Assembly: GCF_013694095.1 (NCBI RefSeq)
Contig: NZ_JACEFB010000004.1
Location: forward strand, 97,638 to 161,637
Direction: 5' to 3'
From: Thermogemmata fonticola
GTDB taxonomy: Bacteria > Planctomycetota > Planctomycetia > Gemmatales > Gemmataceae
Length of the DNA: 64,000 nucleotides
A program made the position numbers and the translations under genes. The notes beneath the pieces are model-generated. The model searched no databases. It worked only from the letters and a program-made list of their open reading frames with translations, and was not told the DNA's origin. This document shows, piece by piece, positions 30,363 through 40,395 of the stretch. How positions within the stretch are numbered: position 1 is the stretch's first letter; each line of letters starts with the position of its first letter.

Positions 30363-33300
30363 TCAGCGTGAGGAGGGGGGGTGATCCGCGGCGGGGGGCT
30401 GCTGGGGGAGGGGGAGCAGTTCGGGGTCGAGGAGGAAGAGCTGGCGTTTGCCAGCAGGTAGGCCGTCGTCGAGGAGGATTTTGTCGCGTTGGCGCAGGGC
30501 GTCAGCGGCAGCCCAAAGGGCCAGGCGGGTGTCGATGAGGAAGCGGCGCTGGGCGAGCAGATGCTGGCGGCGGCGCTCCAGATCGGCTTCCACTTCGGCG
30601 GGCGATTCCCCCTGTTGTAAGCGGCGGCGGCGCTCCTGGGCCAGTTGTTCCTCCTGGTGGGGCGAAAGGGCCTGGCGGGCGCGGACCCAGGCGAGGAAGG
30701 CGTCGTGATCCGCTTGGGCCGCTTGCCGGCGGGCCTCGGCCTCCGCTTCGGCCTGCCGCAGCAGCCGCTCCGCCTCTTCCCCGGCGCGGCGGACCAGGCG
30801 CAGGGCATCAGTGCGAGCTTCGTTGATGAGACGGTCCCGCTCCTGAATGGCCCGCGCCACGGCGTGATACGCCGGCACGACTTCCGGCGGGGGGTGCAGA
30901 TCGTGCAAAGTCAGACCCTCGATGGCGAGGCCGAAACTGGCTGCGTCGAGCTGGGCCAGCCGGCGGCGCAGACGCTGAAGGGCCTCCGCTTCCAACTCGC
31001 CGCGCCGCCGCGTCAGAATTTCCTGGAACGAACGGAGGGCGAACAGTTCCCGAAGTTGGGCTTCCAGTTCCCCGCGCAGCAGGTGGTCCGCGGACGCGAC
31101 TTCAAAGAGGAAGCGTTGCGGGTGCGCAACCCGGTAACGCAGCGTGGCGAAGACTTCGATGAGTTCGCCATCGGCGGTGATCATGAGGGCTTCGTCGGTC
31201 CGGGGTACGATCGGTCCGCCATGCGCGCTGGACCAGGTGAAGGCGGGGTCCGCCACGGGTTGGCGGCTGGATGCCGCGCCAAGTTCGCGGAAGCCCAGGG
31301 TCACGGTGCGTGTCCGATCCGGCGGCAGGCGGAGCACCGTTTCCACCGGCCAGGGCCAGCGCAGGTGCAATCCCGGTGTCAATTCCGCTACGGGCCGGCC
31401 CCAGCGCAGGACGATCCCCACCTCATCCGTAGCAATCGCCGTCAGGGTGGAACCGGCCCACAGTCCGCCGCCGAGCAATCCTGCGCCGAGCAATAGGACA
31501 CGCCAATGATGGGCGGCCGCGTGCAGCAGTTCTTCCACCGACCAGTTGTGCCAGCGGCGCTCCCACGCCCGCAGCCGTTGGAGCCACCGTCCCCACGCGG
31601 TCGTCGCGGGCCGTTCAAATGCCAGCAGACGCATCGCATTGAGGAGCACCAGCAGCGAGCCGAGTTGGTGATAAATCACGCCCAAAAGCGGCGCCTGGAG
31701 GAGGGCTTCCGGATGCGGCGCGAACCAGGGCCAGAGCCAGCCCGTTAGCAATACGCCCGCCAGATTGACGCCGAAGGCGAAGACGTAAAGATTCTGGCGG
31801 ATGATGCGCACCGTCTGGCGAGACAGGCGAACGAGAAAGGGCAAGGGGCGCAGCGGCTCGCCCATCAGGACGATGTCGCCCGCCTGAGCAGCCAGGTCGG
31901 TCCCGCTGCCCACCGCTATGCCGACGGTGGCACGGGCCAGGGCCGGGGCATCGTTGATCCCATCGCCGAGAAAGACAACGCCCCGTGCCGCATGCTCGGC
32001 CACCCAAGCTGCCTTGTCCGCCGGTAGCATGTCGGCGTGGACTTCCGTGACCGGCAGCTCCGCGGCGATCGCCGCCGCCACCGCCTGGCGATCCCCCGTC
32101 AACAAGGCCAGGGGAGAAAAGCCCAGCTCGCGCAGTTCCGCCAAAACCGGGGCGGCTTCGGAGCGGAGGCGGTCCTGGAGGCCGATCAGTCCCAGAATGG
32201 TCTGGTTCCGGGCGACGAGCAAGGCGATCTGCCCGCGGGCATCGGCCTGATCCAGAGCGTGCCGGACCTGGTCTTCCGCGATGCAACCCAGGGCGGTGAG
32301 GAAGCGGAGATTGCCGACGGCCAGGCGGCTGCCCTCCGCGGTCGTCGCAATGACTCCGCCGCCCGGCTGGGTGGACACCGGAGTGACACTGCTGTCCGGA
32401 CTCCAGCCGCGCTGCCGGGCCGCAGCCAGCACCGCCTGTGCCAAGGGGTGTTCGCTTCCCTGCTCAGCCAGGGCCGCTTGCCGCAGAAGTTCGCCTTCAT
32501 CCACGTCCGGAGCGAGGGGTTGCAGATAAACCACATTCAGCCGTCCCTCGGTCAGAGTGCCGGTCTTGTCGCAAGCCCAGACTTGGGCCGAAGCCAGACG
32601 TTCCAGGGCCGAACCGCCTTTGAGCAGGACACCGCTGCCCGCCAGGCGTCCCAGAGCCGCGATGACCGCTGCCGGAGTCGCCAGCACAAGCGCGCAGGGG
32701 CAAGCCACTACCAGCACGCCCAGGGCGGGATACAGAGCGCTGATCGCCGCGGCACGCCAACTCGGCGGGGGTAGATCAGGAGCACTAGGGGCGGACCAGC
32801 GCTGCAAGAGCAGATTGGCGGCGAAGGTGAGAAGGGCCAGGGCCACGACCAGGGGGAGGAAGTAGCGCGCCCAGCGGTCCGCTTGCCGTTCTAGGGGGGC
32901 TTTGTCCCGCAGGGCCTGCACGGTCAGTTCGATAAGTCGGCCGGCGACAGTGTCCTTGCCTGTCTGGCGGGCCTCAATGGTCAGGGGCGCGTCGCAGACA
33001 ATACTGCCGGCCAGGACTTTGTCCCCCTCCTGTTTTTCCACCGGCACGCTTTCACCGGTCAAAGCACTGACATCGACCGCCGCCCGGCCCGCTACCACGA
33101 CTCCATCCACCGGCACTCGCCCGCCCGGCTTGACCACCACGCAATCGCCCACCTGCACATCGGCCACATACGCCCGCACTTCCTGCCCATCCCGCAGCAC
33201 CCAGCAGCGGCGCGGAAACAACTCCGCCAGGCGGCCCAACGCCCGTTGCGTCCGGCCAAACACCCAGGCTTCCAGGCATTCCCCGATTAGGCCGATGGCG

Positions 33301-33638
33301 GTCACCTCCGCGGCGACCAGCACTTCACCCAAGGCCAAGGCCGCCAGCACCGCGACGGCCAGCGCCAGGTCCACCCCCACGCGCCCCCGCAGAAGGGCTT
33401 CCAGCGACAAATACAGAATCCGCCCACCGCCGAGCAAAGCCGCTAGCATCGCCCAGCGCATGCCCCCCACGGTCCGCGGCCAGGTGTAACTGCTGATGCC
33501 CCAGGACGTGAGCTGTTCCGCCACCCACGGCCAGAGGTCCGCCAGCAGCAAACCCGTCACCACCCCGGTGACCAGGTATAGCCCCCAGGGCGCCTCCACA
33601 CGGAACGGATCATGACTCGCCGCTGCTTCCCGATGCAT
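30363..33638 (-). CDS. P1B-type heavy-metal translocating ATPase fused to C-terminal HflK/HflC-like SPFH (band-7) domain
   Basis: ATPase motifs 'TGES', 'CPC', 'DKTGTLT', 'SEHPLA', 'GDGINDAPAL'. No N-terminal HMA domain. After the last ATPase TM pair come an extra TM and 'VGIVLRWGRPV...PGLHLRWPWPVETV...LHDLHPPPEVVPAYHAVARAIQERDRLINEA' (SPFH/HflK blocks), then a long coiled coil. Single uninterrupted 1091-codon ORF. Confidence 0.8.
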   Translation of the reverse strand: MHREAAASHDPFRVEAPWGLYLVTGVVTGLLLADLWPWVAEQLTSWGISSYTWPRTVGGMRWAMLAALLGGGRILYLSLEALLRGRVGVDLALAVAVLAALALGEVLVAAEVTAIGLIGECLEAWVFGRTQRALGRLAELFPRRCWVLRDGQEVRAYVADVQVGDCVVVKPGGRVPVDGVVVAGRAAVDVSALTGESVPVEKQEGDKVLAGSIVCDAPLTIEARQTGKDTVAGRLIELTVQALRDKAPLERQADRWARYFLPLVVALALLTFAANLLLQRWSAPSAPDLPPPSWRAAAISALYPALGVLVVACPCALVLATPAAVIAALGRLAGSGVLLKGGSALERLASAQVWACDKTGTLTEGRLNVVYLQPLAPDVDEGELLRQAALAEQGSEHPLAQAVLAAARQRGWSPDSSVTPVSTQPGGGVIATTAEGSRLAVGNLRFLTALGCIAEDQVRHALDQADARGQIALLVARNQTILGLIGLQDRLRSEAAPVLAELRELGFSPLALLTGDRQAVAAAIAAELPVTEVHADMLPADKAAWVAEHAARGVVFLGDGINDAPALARATVGIAVGSGTDLAAQAGDIVLMGEPLRPLPFLVRLSRQTVRIIRQNLYVFAFGVNLAGVLLTGWLWPWFAPHPEALLQAPLLGVIYHQLGSLLVLLNAMRLLAFERPATTAWGRWLQRLRAWERRWHNWSVEELLHAAAHHWRVLLLGAGLLGGGLWAGSTLTAIATDEVGIVLRWGRPVAELTPGLHLRWPWPVETVLRLPPDRTRTVTLGFRELGAASSRQPVADPAFTWSSAHGGPIVPRTDEALMITADGELIEVFATLRYRVAHPQRFLFEVASADHLLRGELEAQLRELFALRSFQEILTRRRGELEAEALQRLRRRLAQLDAASFGLAIEGLTLHDLHPPPEVVPAYHAVARAIQERDRLINEARTDALRLVRRAGEEAERLLRQAEAEAEARRQAAQADHDAFLAWVRARQALSPHQEEQLAQERRRRLQQGESPAEVEADLERRRQHLLAQRRFLIDTRLALWAAADALRQRDKILLDDGLPAGKRQLFLLDPELLPLPQQPPAADHPPSSR

Positions 33639-33852
33639 GCGCGTGCACTCGTGCTAATTCCCCCACGCCTTTTGCAGCACAGGGCCTATCCCCCTTCTAT
33701 CTCCCTTCTCTTCCCTTGACCATCTCCCTTCTCTCTCGACTCCGAGACGTTTCCCGCTGCACTCTCGCCCCCATTCTTTCCCCCAGGATTCCAAGTCCTT
33801 TTCGACTTCAACCCAGGGAGGAACCAGGTGCACCAAAGTCAGGGAACCGGGT

Positions 33853-34812
33853 TCACCAGTAGAGGCGGTCGAGGGTGACGTTGCCGCCGCTGAGAACGAC
33901 GCCGACGGTGGAAAGACCCGGCAAGGCACGGAAGGCTTCGCTGAGGACCACCGCCGCCGGCACCGCCCCGCTCGGTTCCACGATCAACTTGAGGCGTTCC
34001 CAAAGGAAGCGCATGGCCGCCCGGATTTCATCGTCGCCGACCGTGAAGACCCGCTCGACCCGGTCACGGATGACCGGCCAGGTGAGCTGCCCGGTGCTGG
34101 TGAGCAAGCCATCGGCGATGGATTGGGGCTGGAGCTGCGGCAGCCATTGACCGGCGGCCTTGGACCGGGCTGCGTCATCCGCCCCCGCCGGTTCCGCCCC
34201 GAAGATACGCATCGAAGGACGTACCCCCTGCGCGGCAATGGTGCAGCCAGCGATCAACCCGCCGCCACCGATCGGAATCACCAGCGCCTCCAGCTCCGGG
34301 GCTTGTTCCAAAAATTCCAGTGCGACCGTTCCCTGACCGGCGATGACATCGGGATGGTCGAACGGCGGGATGAGCACGGCTCCGGTGCTCGCCGCGATGC
34401 GCGCCGCCGCTTCCTCACGGGCTGCCAGGGTCGGTTCGCACAACGTGATCTGCCCGCCATAATCGGCGACCGCTTGGCGCTTGACTAGCGGGGCGGTATG
34501 GGGCATGACGATATAGGCGGGGATGCCGCGTTGCCGGGCCGCCAGGGCTAGCGCCTGGGCATGATTGCCGCTGGAGTGCGTCACCACCCCGCGCCGGGCC
34601 GCCGCTTCGGGCAAGAGCCGCACCGCATTGGACGCCCCCCGAAACTTGAACGCCCCGACCTTTTGAAGGTTCTCGCACTTGAAGAGAACGCGCCGGCCCG
34701 CCCGTTGATCGAAACTGCGCGAATGCATCACCGGTGTGCGATGCACCACCCCGTGCAGGCGGTTCGCCGCCGCTTGCACCGCGGCCAGATCGCAGGCATA
34801 CTCCCCGCTCAT
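33853..34812 (-). CDS. PLP-dependent threonine/serine dehydratase (serine-racemase-like fold type II)
   Basis: 'FKCENLQKVGAFKFRGA' PLP-lysine motif, 'SSGNHAQA', Gly-rich 'GGGGLIAG'. ATG verified at 34810-34812 (reverse complement). Confidence 0.8.
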   Translation of the reverse strand: MSGEYACDLAAVQAAANRLHGVVHRTPVMHSRSFDQRAGRRVLFKCENLQKVGAFKFRGASNAVRLLPEAAARRGVVTHSSGNHAQALALAARQRGIPAYIVMPHTAPLVKRQAVADYGGQITLCEPTLAAREEAAARIAASTGAVLIPPFDHPDVIAGQGTVALEFLEQAPELEALVIPIGGGGLIAGCTIAAQGVRPSMRIFGAEPAGADDAARSKAAGQWLPQLQPQSIADGLLTSTGQLTWPVIRDRVERVFTVGDDEIRAAMRFLWERLKLIVEPSGAVPAAVVLSEAFRALPGLSTVGVVLSGGNVTLDRLYW

Positions 34813-34959
34813 GATGTTGCCCGACTACCCGTATATAGCAAACTCATGATCCCACCTTGGCCCCCGTTCCGCCCTCCCCGTCCGCTGTTCCGTATCGATC
34901 TGCTGTTCCGTATCGACATGGTGCTACACGGCGCTGGGCCTACCCCATCCCTAAAACTT

Positions 34960-36519
34960 TTACACCGGCGTGGTGGTCGGGGACTGCCCCGCCGGCTGTT
35001 CCGCGGAGAGATCACTAGGCCGGTCCGCAATCCGCTCGGAGGTACGCTCACCAGGCCGCTCAGAGGAACGCTCGGCAGCCTGCTCTACGGTCGAGGCCAC
35101 CGATCGCTCACTGGTCCGTTCGGCCGGGGAGGCTGTCAAGGGAAGCGCCCGCGGCAGGGTCACCCGGAAGGTCGTACCCTTGCCGACCGTACTACTGGCG
35201 CGCACCTGGCCTTTCATCGCCTGGACCAAGTGCTTGACGATAGCTAATCCTAAGCCGGTGCCGCCGACGGCGCGGCTGCGGGCCTTGTCCACCCGGTAGA
35301 ACCGCTCGAAGACTCGCGGCAGGTCCGCCGCCGGGATACCGACACCCGTATCTTCCACCTCAAAGCTGACGGTATCCGCCGTGCCACTCCAGCGAATGGT
35401 GATGCGGCCGCCGTTGGGAGTATATTTGATGGCATTGTCCACGAGGTTGTCCAGTATCTGGCGCAAGGCGTCGGGGTCCGCCCAGACCGCGAGATCGGCG
35501 GGACCGTCCTTGGGCGGCTTTTCCACCAAAGTCAACGTCTTGCTCTCCGCGCGGGGATGGTGCCGCTCCAGGCATTCGCTGATCGCCCGCTCCAGGGGGA
35601 TGGCTTGCGGTTCTAAGCGCAGATGCCCCGACTCGATCCGCGCCAGGCTGAGTAGGTCCTTGATCAGTTCTTCGAGCCGGTCGGCTTCGCGGACAATCTG
35701 CTGGAGGAACAGATGCCGGGATTCCGGTTCTTCCGCCGCTCCGTCCACCAGGGTTTCGACGCTGGATTTGATGACGGCCAAGGGGGTTTTCAACTCGTGG
35801 GAAACGTTGGCGACGAAATCCTGGCGCAAGCGCTCCGCCTGACGCAGCTCGGTGGTATCGTGCAGGACAATCACCGCGCCAGGCATGCCGTGGCCCTGAA
35901 AGCGGGAGACGTACACTCCCAGGCTCCGCGGCGGCGGACCTTTCCATTCCAGCTCCTCGCGGTACGGCTCGCTAGCCGCCAAACCCTTATGGATGATCTC
36001 CAGCAGCCCCGGCTGGCGCAACGCCTGCTCCAGGGATTGGTGCACCACGGCTTTGCGATCGAAACCCAGGAGTTCCCCGGCTCGCTGATTGGCGAAGACG
36101 ATCCGGTGCTGCTCGTCGATGGCCACCACGCCTTCGACCATGCCGGAGAGAATAGCGCGGAGCTGTTCCCGGTCGTGTTCCAGCAAGTTGAAGGTTTCCG
36201 CCAAACGGCGGCTCATGGCGTTGAAGGCCTCGGCCAAGGCGGCCAATTCCCGCGGTCCCCGGCTGCGAATCTGATGCTGAAAATCGCCGGCGGCGATCCG
36301 CCGGGCGCCATCCATTAGGGCCTGCAACGGGCGGGTGAAACGCCGGGCCAGCAGATAGGCCGCGCCGGCCGCCAGACCCAGCACCACCACGACGATCGCC
36401 GCCACTTCCTGCACCGACTCGTAAAACAAAACTTCCGCCCGCTGATATAAAGCAATACCCACCAAACCCACCACCGCGGCGACCAGCAACAGATAGGTGG
36501 CGAACAGGCGCCAGAACAT
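34960..36519 (-). CDS. Sensor histidine kinase (2 TM, HAMP, PAS, HisKA, HATPase; PhoR-like)
   Basis: H-box 'SHELKTPL', N-box 'DNAIKYTP', G-boxes 'DTGVGI' and 'GGTGLGLAIV'. ATG verified at 36517-36519 (reverse complement). C-terminal 'ER[ST]SER' repeat tail. Confidence 0.8.
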   Translation of the reverse strand: MFWRLFATYLLLVAAVVGLVGIALYQRAEVLFYESVQEVAAIVVVVLGLAAGAAYLLARRFTRPLQALMDGARRIAAGDFQHQIRSRGPRELAALAEAFNAMSRRLAETFNLLEHDREQLRAILSGMVEGVVAIDEQHRIVFANQRAGELLGFDRKAVVHQSLEQALRQPGLLEIIHKGLAASEPYREELEWKGPPPRSLGVYVSRFQGHGMPGAVIVLHDTTELRQAERLRQDFVANVSHELKTPLAVIKSSVETLVDGAAEEPESRHLFLQQIVREADRLEELIKDLLSLARIESGHLRLEPQAIPLERAISECLERHHPRAESKTLTLVEKPPKDGPADLAVWADPDALRQILDNLVDNAIKYTPNGGRITIRWSGTADTVSFEVEDTGVGIPAADLPRVFERFYRVDKARSRAVGGTGLGLAIVKHLVQAMKGQVRASSTVGKGTTFRVTLPRALPLTASPAERTSERSVASTVEQAAERSSERPGERTSERIADRPSDLSAEQPAGQSPTTTPV

Positions 36520-36819
36520 GCCGCCCTTTCCTCCCCAAGGACTAGCTTCCCCTCCCGAAGTTTCCTCTTCGGTCCTTCGGCTGTCCTCGTTACTCCCCCG
36601 TCCTGGTTATCATACCGCGGAAAAAATGGGCTGGCCCCGAAGCGGACGCGAACCCGCTCCTTATACCGAACCCGCTCCTCACACCGAACGGGGTCTGACA
36701 CCGGACGTGCCAGCCGAAGCCAGCCGTGAGCGTAGGGCTGCTATCCTCTCCAGCAGACCAAGCGTCCAGGTTTCGAGCCGAGGAGCGGGTCTTCAACACC
36801 GGCTAGAGACGGCGAGCGC

Positions 36820-39318
36820 TCAATGGCGGAAGAGAAACTCGCGCGTGTTGATGATGGCCCAGAGCACATCCTCCCAGGCCTTGCGGCGATCGGGATTTTT
36901 GCGCAGGTGTTCCTGGACCTTGCTCCGTTCCTCCGCCGTGGGCAGGCGGCAGTAGGCGGCCAGGTACAGCTCATCGAGAATGGCCTCATCGCTGGCATTG
37001 GCGGCCAGCAGCTTGCCCAAGCGGTTATTGGGATTCCGCACCTTTTCGTTGACGGTCGGCCCGTTGATCAGTTGCAGCGCTTGGCCCAAGTTCCCTTCGC
37101 TTTCCCGTTCGCATTCGCAGGCCAGTTCCCGCGCCGGCTGGCCGAAGGCCTTGAGGAATGGATGGTTCACTTCGCCATCCGGCAGTTGCACGGCGCGCGT
37201 CCCCAGGGGCAGGCCGGCGAACTTCTCCGGCACGCCGGTCAGGTCGCACAGGGCGTCCAGGAGTTGCTCTGCCGTCAGCAGTTTTGTCACCGCCTTGGAG
37301 AAGTATTTGTCGTCATCGGCGTTGAACTCGTTGGGCTGGGCCGACAACTGGTAGGTCCGGGACTTCAGAATGGTGCGGATCAGGTGTTTGAGGTCGTATT
37401 TGTGGGCGGCGAAATCGGCAGCCAGTGCTCGGAGCAGCTCGTCATTGCTGGGGGGATTGGAGTCGCGGAAGTCGTCCACGGGATCGACGATCCCCTTGCC
37501 CATGAGGTGGAACCAGACGCGGTTGACGACGGAGCGGGCGAAGAAGGGGTTATCGGGAGCGGTGAGCCAGGCGGCTAGGAGGTCGCGGCGGTCCTGGCTG
37601 GGGTCCACCTCCTTTTCGCCGGCGCCGAGGAAGCGCGGCTTCATGACCCGTCCACTGCGCGGTTGTGTCACTTCCCCCGACCGCTCGACATAAACCACTT
37701 CCGCCGCTGGAGGGCCATTGGGCCGGCTGCCAAGCACCGGTTCCGGCCGCAATTTCACGCGGGCAAACCAGGCCGCAAAACCGTAGTAATCGTCCTGCGT
37801 CCAGCGCTCGAAGGGATGATTGTGGCACTTGGCGCACTGGAGGCGGATGCCGAAGAACAACTGAGCTGTGGTCTCGGCCAGGCTTTGCGGATCGCGGGCC
37901 ACTCGGTAGTAGTTGGCCGGCGGATGGCTGAAGGTATTCCCCGTGGCGGTGAGCAGCTCCCGGACCACTTCATCCCAGGGGGTATTGCGCAAGAGGTGGC
38001 CGCGCAGCCAGGCTTGCAACCCTTGGCTGCCCTTGAGTTGGATCGTCTTGCGGCTGCTGCGGAGCACATCCGCCCATTTGAGCGCCCAGAAGTCCGCGAA
38101 TTCCGGCATCTCCAGAAGCTGGTCGATCAGCTTCTCCCGCTTGCGCGGGTCGCGATCCTGGAGGAAGGCTTGAGTTTCCGCCACCGTGGGCAGTCGGCCG
38201 AGCACATCAAGGTAGACCCGGCGGACAAAGTCCCCATCGCGGCTTAGCTCCGAAGGCGCCAGGTTCATCTGCCGCAGCTTGGCGTACACATGCTTATCGA
38301 TGAAATTGTGCTCCGGCGGGTTGGGCCAGCGGAATCCCTCCTTCGGTTCCAGATAGGTCAGGCGGACGGAGACGAGTTGGTCGAGATAGCGGACGAGGAT
38401 GGCCACTTCCCCGCCGCGTTTGAATTCGACCAGGCCGTTCGGAGAGACCTCCGCAATCGACGGGTCACTGCTGGAGTAGTTGCTCAAGCGGGTGACGTCG
38501 CGCTGGTGGCCATCGGCGAAGCGGGCCAGGACGGCCAGTTGCTGCCAGCGGGCCGGCGCCGTCTGGACGCGCGGTCCCGGTTGCACCCGCACCTCCTGCA
38601 AGGGGGGCAGGTTCGCCGGATCGTCCCGCAATCCTTCCGAGAGCCAGGCCAGCAGCATCTCCGCCGCCAGACTCGACGGACTGAACCGCTGCCCGCCTTC
38701 ATGGGGCACGCGTCCGACGCCTTTGAGGAAGATGAGGCTCTGCTCGGCGTTGTGCCGGCCCGTCCGCCGCCCGAATTGTTCCCGCGTCAGTTGGGCATAA
38801 TCGAAGCTCGGATCATCTCCGCGCAGGGAGAGGCGAAAGCCGTTTTTGCCGCTCGGTGTGCCGTGGCAGGCCCCCATATTGCAGCCGCCGACGTTGAGCG
38901 CTGCCACCACATCCCGCCGGAAACTCACCGGCTGGTCCTGTTCCATCCCCTGCACAGTGACTGGCAGCCGGACCGTTTGACTGCCCGCCTGCACGATCAG
39001 CGTCGCGCTTCCATTCTGCCGCGGGCGGAGGAACAGCCCCTCCTGCACCTCCACAATCCCCGCCGGTTCCACACGCACCGCCGCCGCGTGGGTCAGGTCC
39101 CGCACCGAACCATCCGCATACTGGCCGCTGACGAGCACCTGCTGGGCGGAGCGCCGACCCTGGAGCGTTACCGCTTCCGGCGCCACCACCAGCCGCACCG
39201 GCTGCCCGATCACACGCTGCCGTTCCTCCGCCTCCCGCGGCGGCGCCCCCCAGGACCACCCCAGGCTCCCCAACCACAGCACGGCTGCCACACCGGCACT
39301 CAACACACGGCGATCCAT
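36820..39318 (-). CDS. DUF1549/DUF1553 (PSD1/PSCyt-like) domain protein with N-terminal Ig-like domain
   Basis: Signal peptide, 'GCNMGACHG' PSCyt-like motif, 'QCAKCHNHPFERWTQDDYY' DUF1549 block, long DUF1553-like C-terminal region. ATG verified at 39316-39318 (reverse complement). Confidence 0.75.
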   Translation of the reverse strand: MDRRVLSAGVAAVLWLGSLGWSWGAPPREAEERQRVIGQPVRLVVAPEAVTLQGRRSAQQVLVSGQYADGSVRDLTHAAAVRVEPAGIVEVQEGLFLRPRQNGSATLIVQAGSQTVRLPVTVQGMEQDQPVSFRRDVVAALNVGGCNMGACHGTPSGKNGFRLSLRGDDPSFDYAQLTREQFGRRTGRHNAEQSLIFLKGVGRVPHEGGQRFSPSSLAAEMLLAWLSEGLRDDPANLPPLQEVRVQPGPRVQTAPARWQQLAVLARFADGHQRDVTRLSNYSSSDPSIAEVSPNGLVEFKRGGEVAILVRYLDQLVSVRLTYLEPKEGFRWPNPPEHNFIDKHVYAKLRQMNLAPSELSRDGDFVRRVYLDVLGRLPTVAETQAFLQDRDPRKREKLIDQLLEMPEFADFWALKWADVLRSSRKTIQLKGSQGLQAWLRGHLLRNTPWDEVVRELLTATGNTFSHPPANYYRVARDPQSLAETTAQLFFGIRLQCAKCHNHPFERWTQDDYYGFAAWFARVKLRPEPVLGSRPNGPPAAEVVYVERSGEVTQPRSGRVMKPRFLGAGEKEVDPSQDRRDLLAAWLTAPDNPFFARSVVNRVWFHLMGKGIVDPVDDFRDSNPPSNDELLRALAADFAAHKYDLKHLIRTILKSRTYQLSAQPNEFNADDDKYFSKAVTKLLTAEQLLDALCDLTGVPEKFAGLPLGTRAVQLPDGEVNHPFLKAFGQPARELACECERESEGNLGQALQLINGPTVNEKVRNPNNRLGKLLAANASDEAILDELYLAAYCRLPTAEERSKVQEHLRKNPDRRKAWEDVLWAIINTREFLFRH

Positions 39319-39674
39319 GACTCGTTCCTCACGAACTTGCAGGCGGGAATGCCATCGTTCAGTCGGCAGGCCGGACGCTTCCGTCCGGGTCTTCAGGAGG
39401 GACCGAAAAGCTCACGCTTTCGGCGAATACGTCGAGATTAGTTTATCCGATCCACCGGTCGAATGCGAGAGAAAAAATTTTGCCCGCCATTCTGCACTAC
39501 GAAGGAAAGCCCAGAGCACCGCCTTTGCGCCGAGCGGATCAGCACCGCGGCCTCTCCACCGCGCTAGCCCTGCCACAGGGCAAAAAGTGGCTGCGCCACG
39601 GGGGTCCTTGTTTCTCCCTGGTAGGTCCTGTTTCCCGGAGTCCTTTTCCCCCCAGCAAAGATAATCCCGCATCC

Positions 39675-39748
39675 GAATGCACCCGGAGGGAGTCGAACCC
39701 CCAACCCTCGGTTCCGAAGACCGATGCTCTGTCCAGTTGAGCTACGGG
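39675..39748 (-). tRNA. tRNA-Arg (anticodon TCG)
   Basis: Hand-folded cloverleaf: acceptor GCACCCG/CGGGTGC, D-arm GCTC-AACTGGACA-GAGC, anticodon stem TCGGT/ACCGA with loop CTTCGGA, T-arm GGGGG-TTCGACT-CCCTC, discriminator A. No CCA encoded. Confidence 0.75.
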
Positions 39749-40395
39749 TGCCTACCGGCGGCTGGTTGCTCCTCGCCAGCCGGGGACTAACCGCGCCGGG
39801 GAAAGTCCCATCCGACTTCGGGAATCCGGATTTTGATTCGGAACTCCCGCTTCAAATCGGGAAATCCCCAGCCTGAATCCGGCACATCCCTCACCAGAGC
39901 CGAGGAAAATCGCCCCGTTATTTCAGTGTAAGAGGCAGCGGTGTTGGACTCAAGAGGCAGGTCAAGCAACGGGCAGGGCGGGGTGCAACTAGATTCTCTG
40001 GGGGTGGGGGCTGAAGCCGCGAGGTGTTTCCCCAGACTAGCAGAGCTGCCCGGCAGGGAACTCCCAGAAAATCTGGCTGCCCCCTTGCGAACAGTTCCTC
40101 CCAATCGCTCTTGGCGGGGGTTGGGCAGTGGCGTTACAGTCAGCGGTGTGCGATCCCCCCTTCGGGATTCCGGTGGAGTAGAGTCAAGTTAAGCATCAGC
40201 AGACGGATCAAAAGGAGTAATGGCGAGGGGATCAGCGGAGGAGCAACCAGAAGAATCGGCGGAAGAATGATGGGAGGGGTCAGCGGCGGGGGAACGGTCG
40301 CGCCAGTTGAGAGAAGCCGGCGGTTTCCTGGCGTGAGATAGAGCGGCCGCCTTCCCTTCCCAGCCTACCATCTGTCGGGCAGAGGCCATGTGGGC

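Noticed and set aside
39749-40395. ~650-nt gap between tRNA-Arg and the helicase gene, a possible integration hotspot
   Set aside because: No integrase, att-like direct repeat of the tRNA 3' end, or phage genes. It contains only short G-rich low-complexity ORFs, so it is probably a promoter or leader region.
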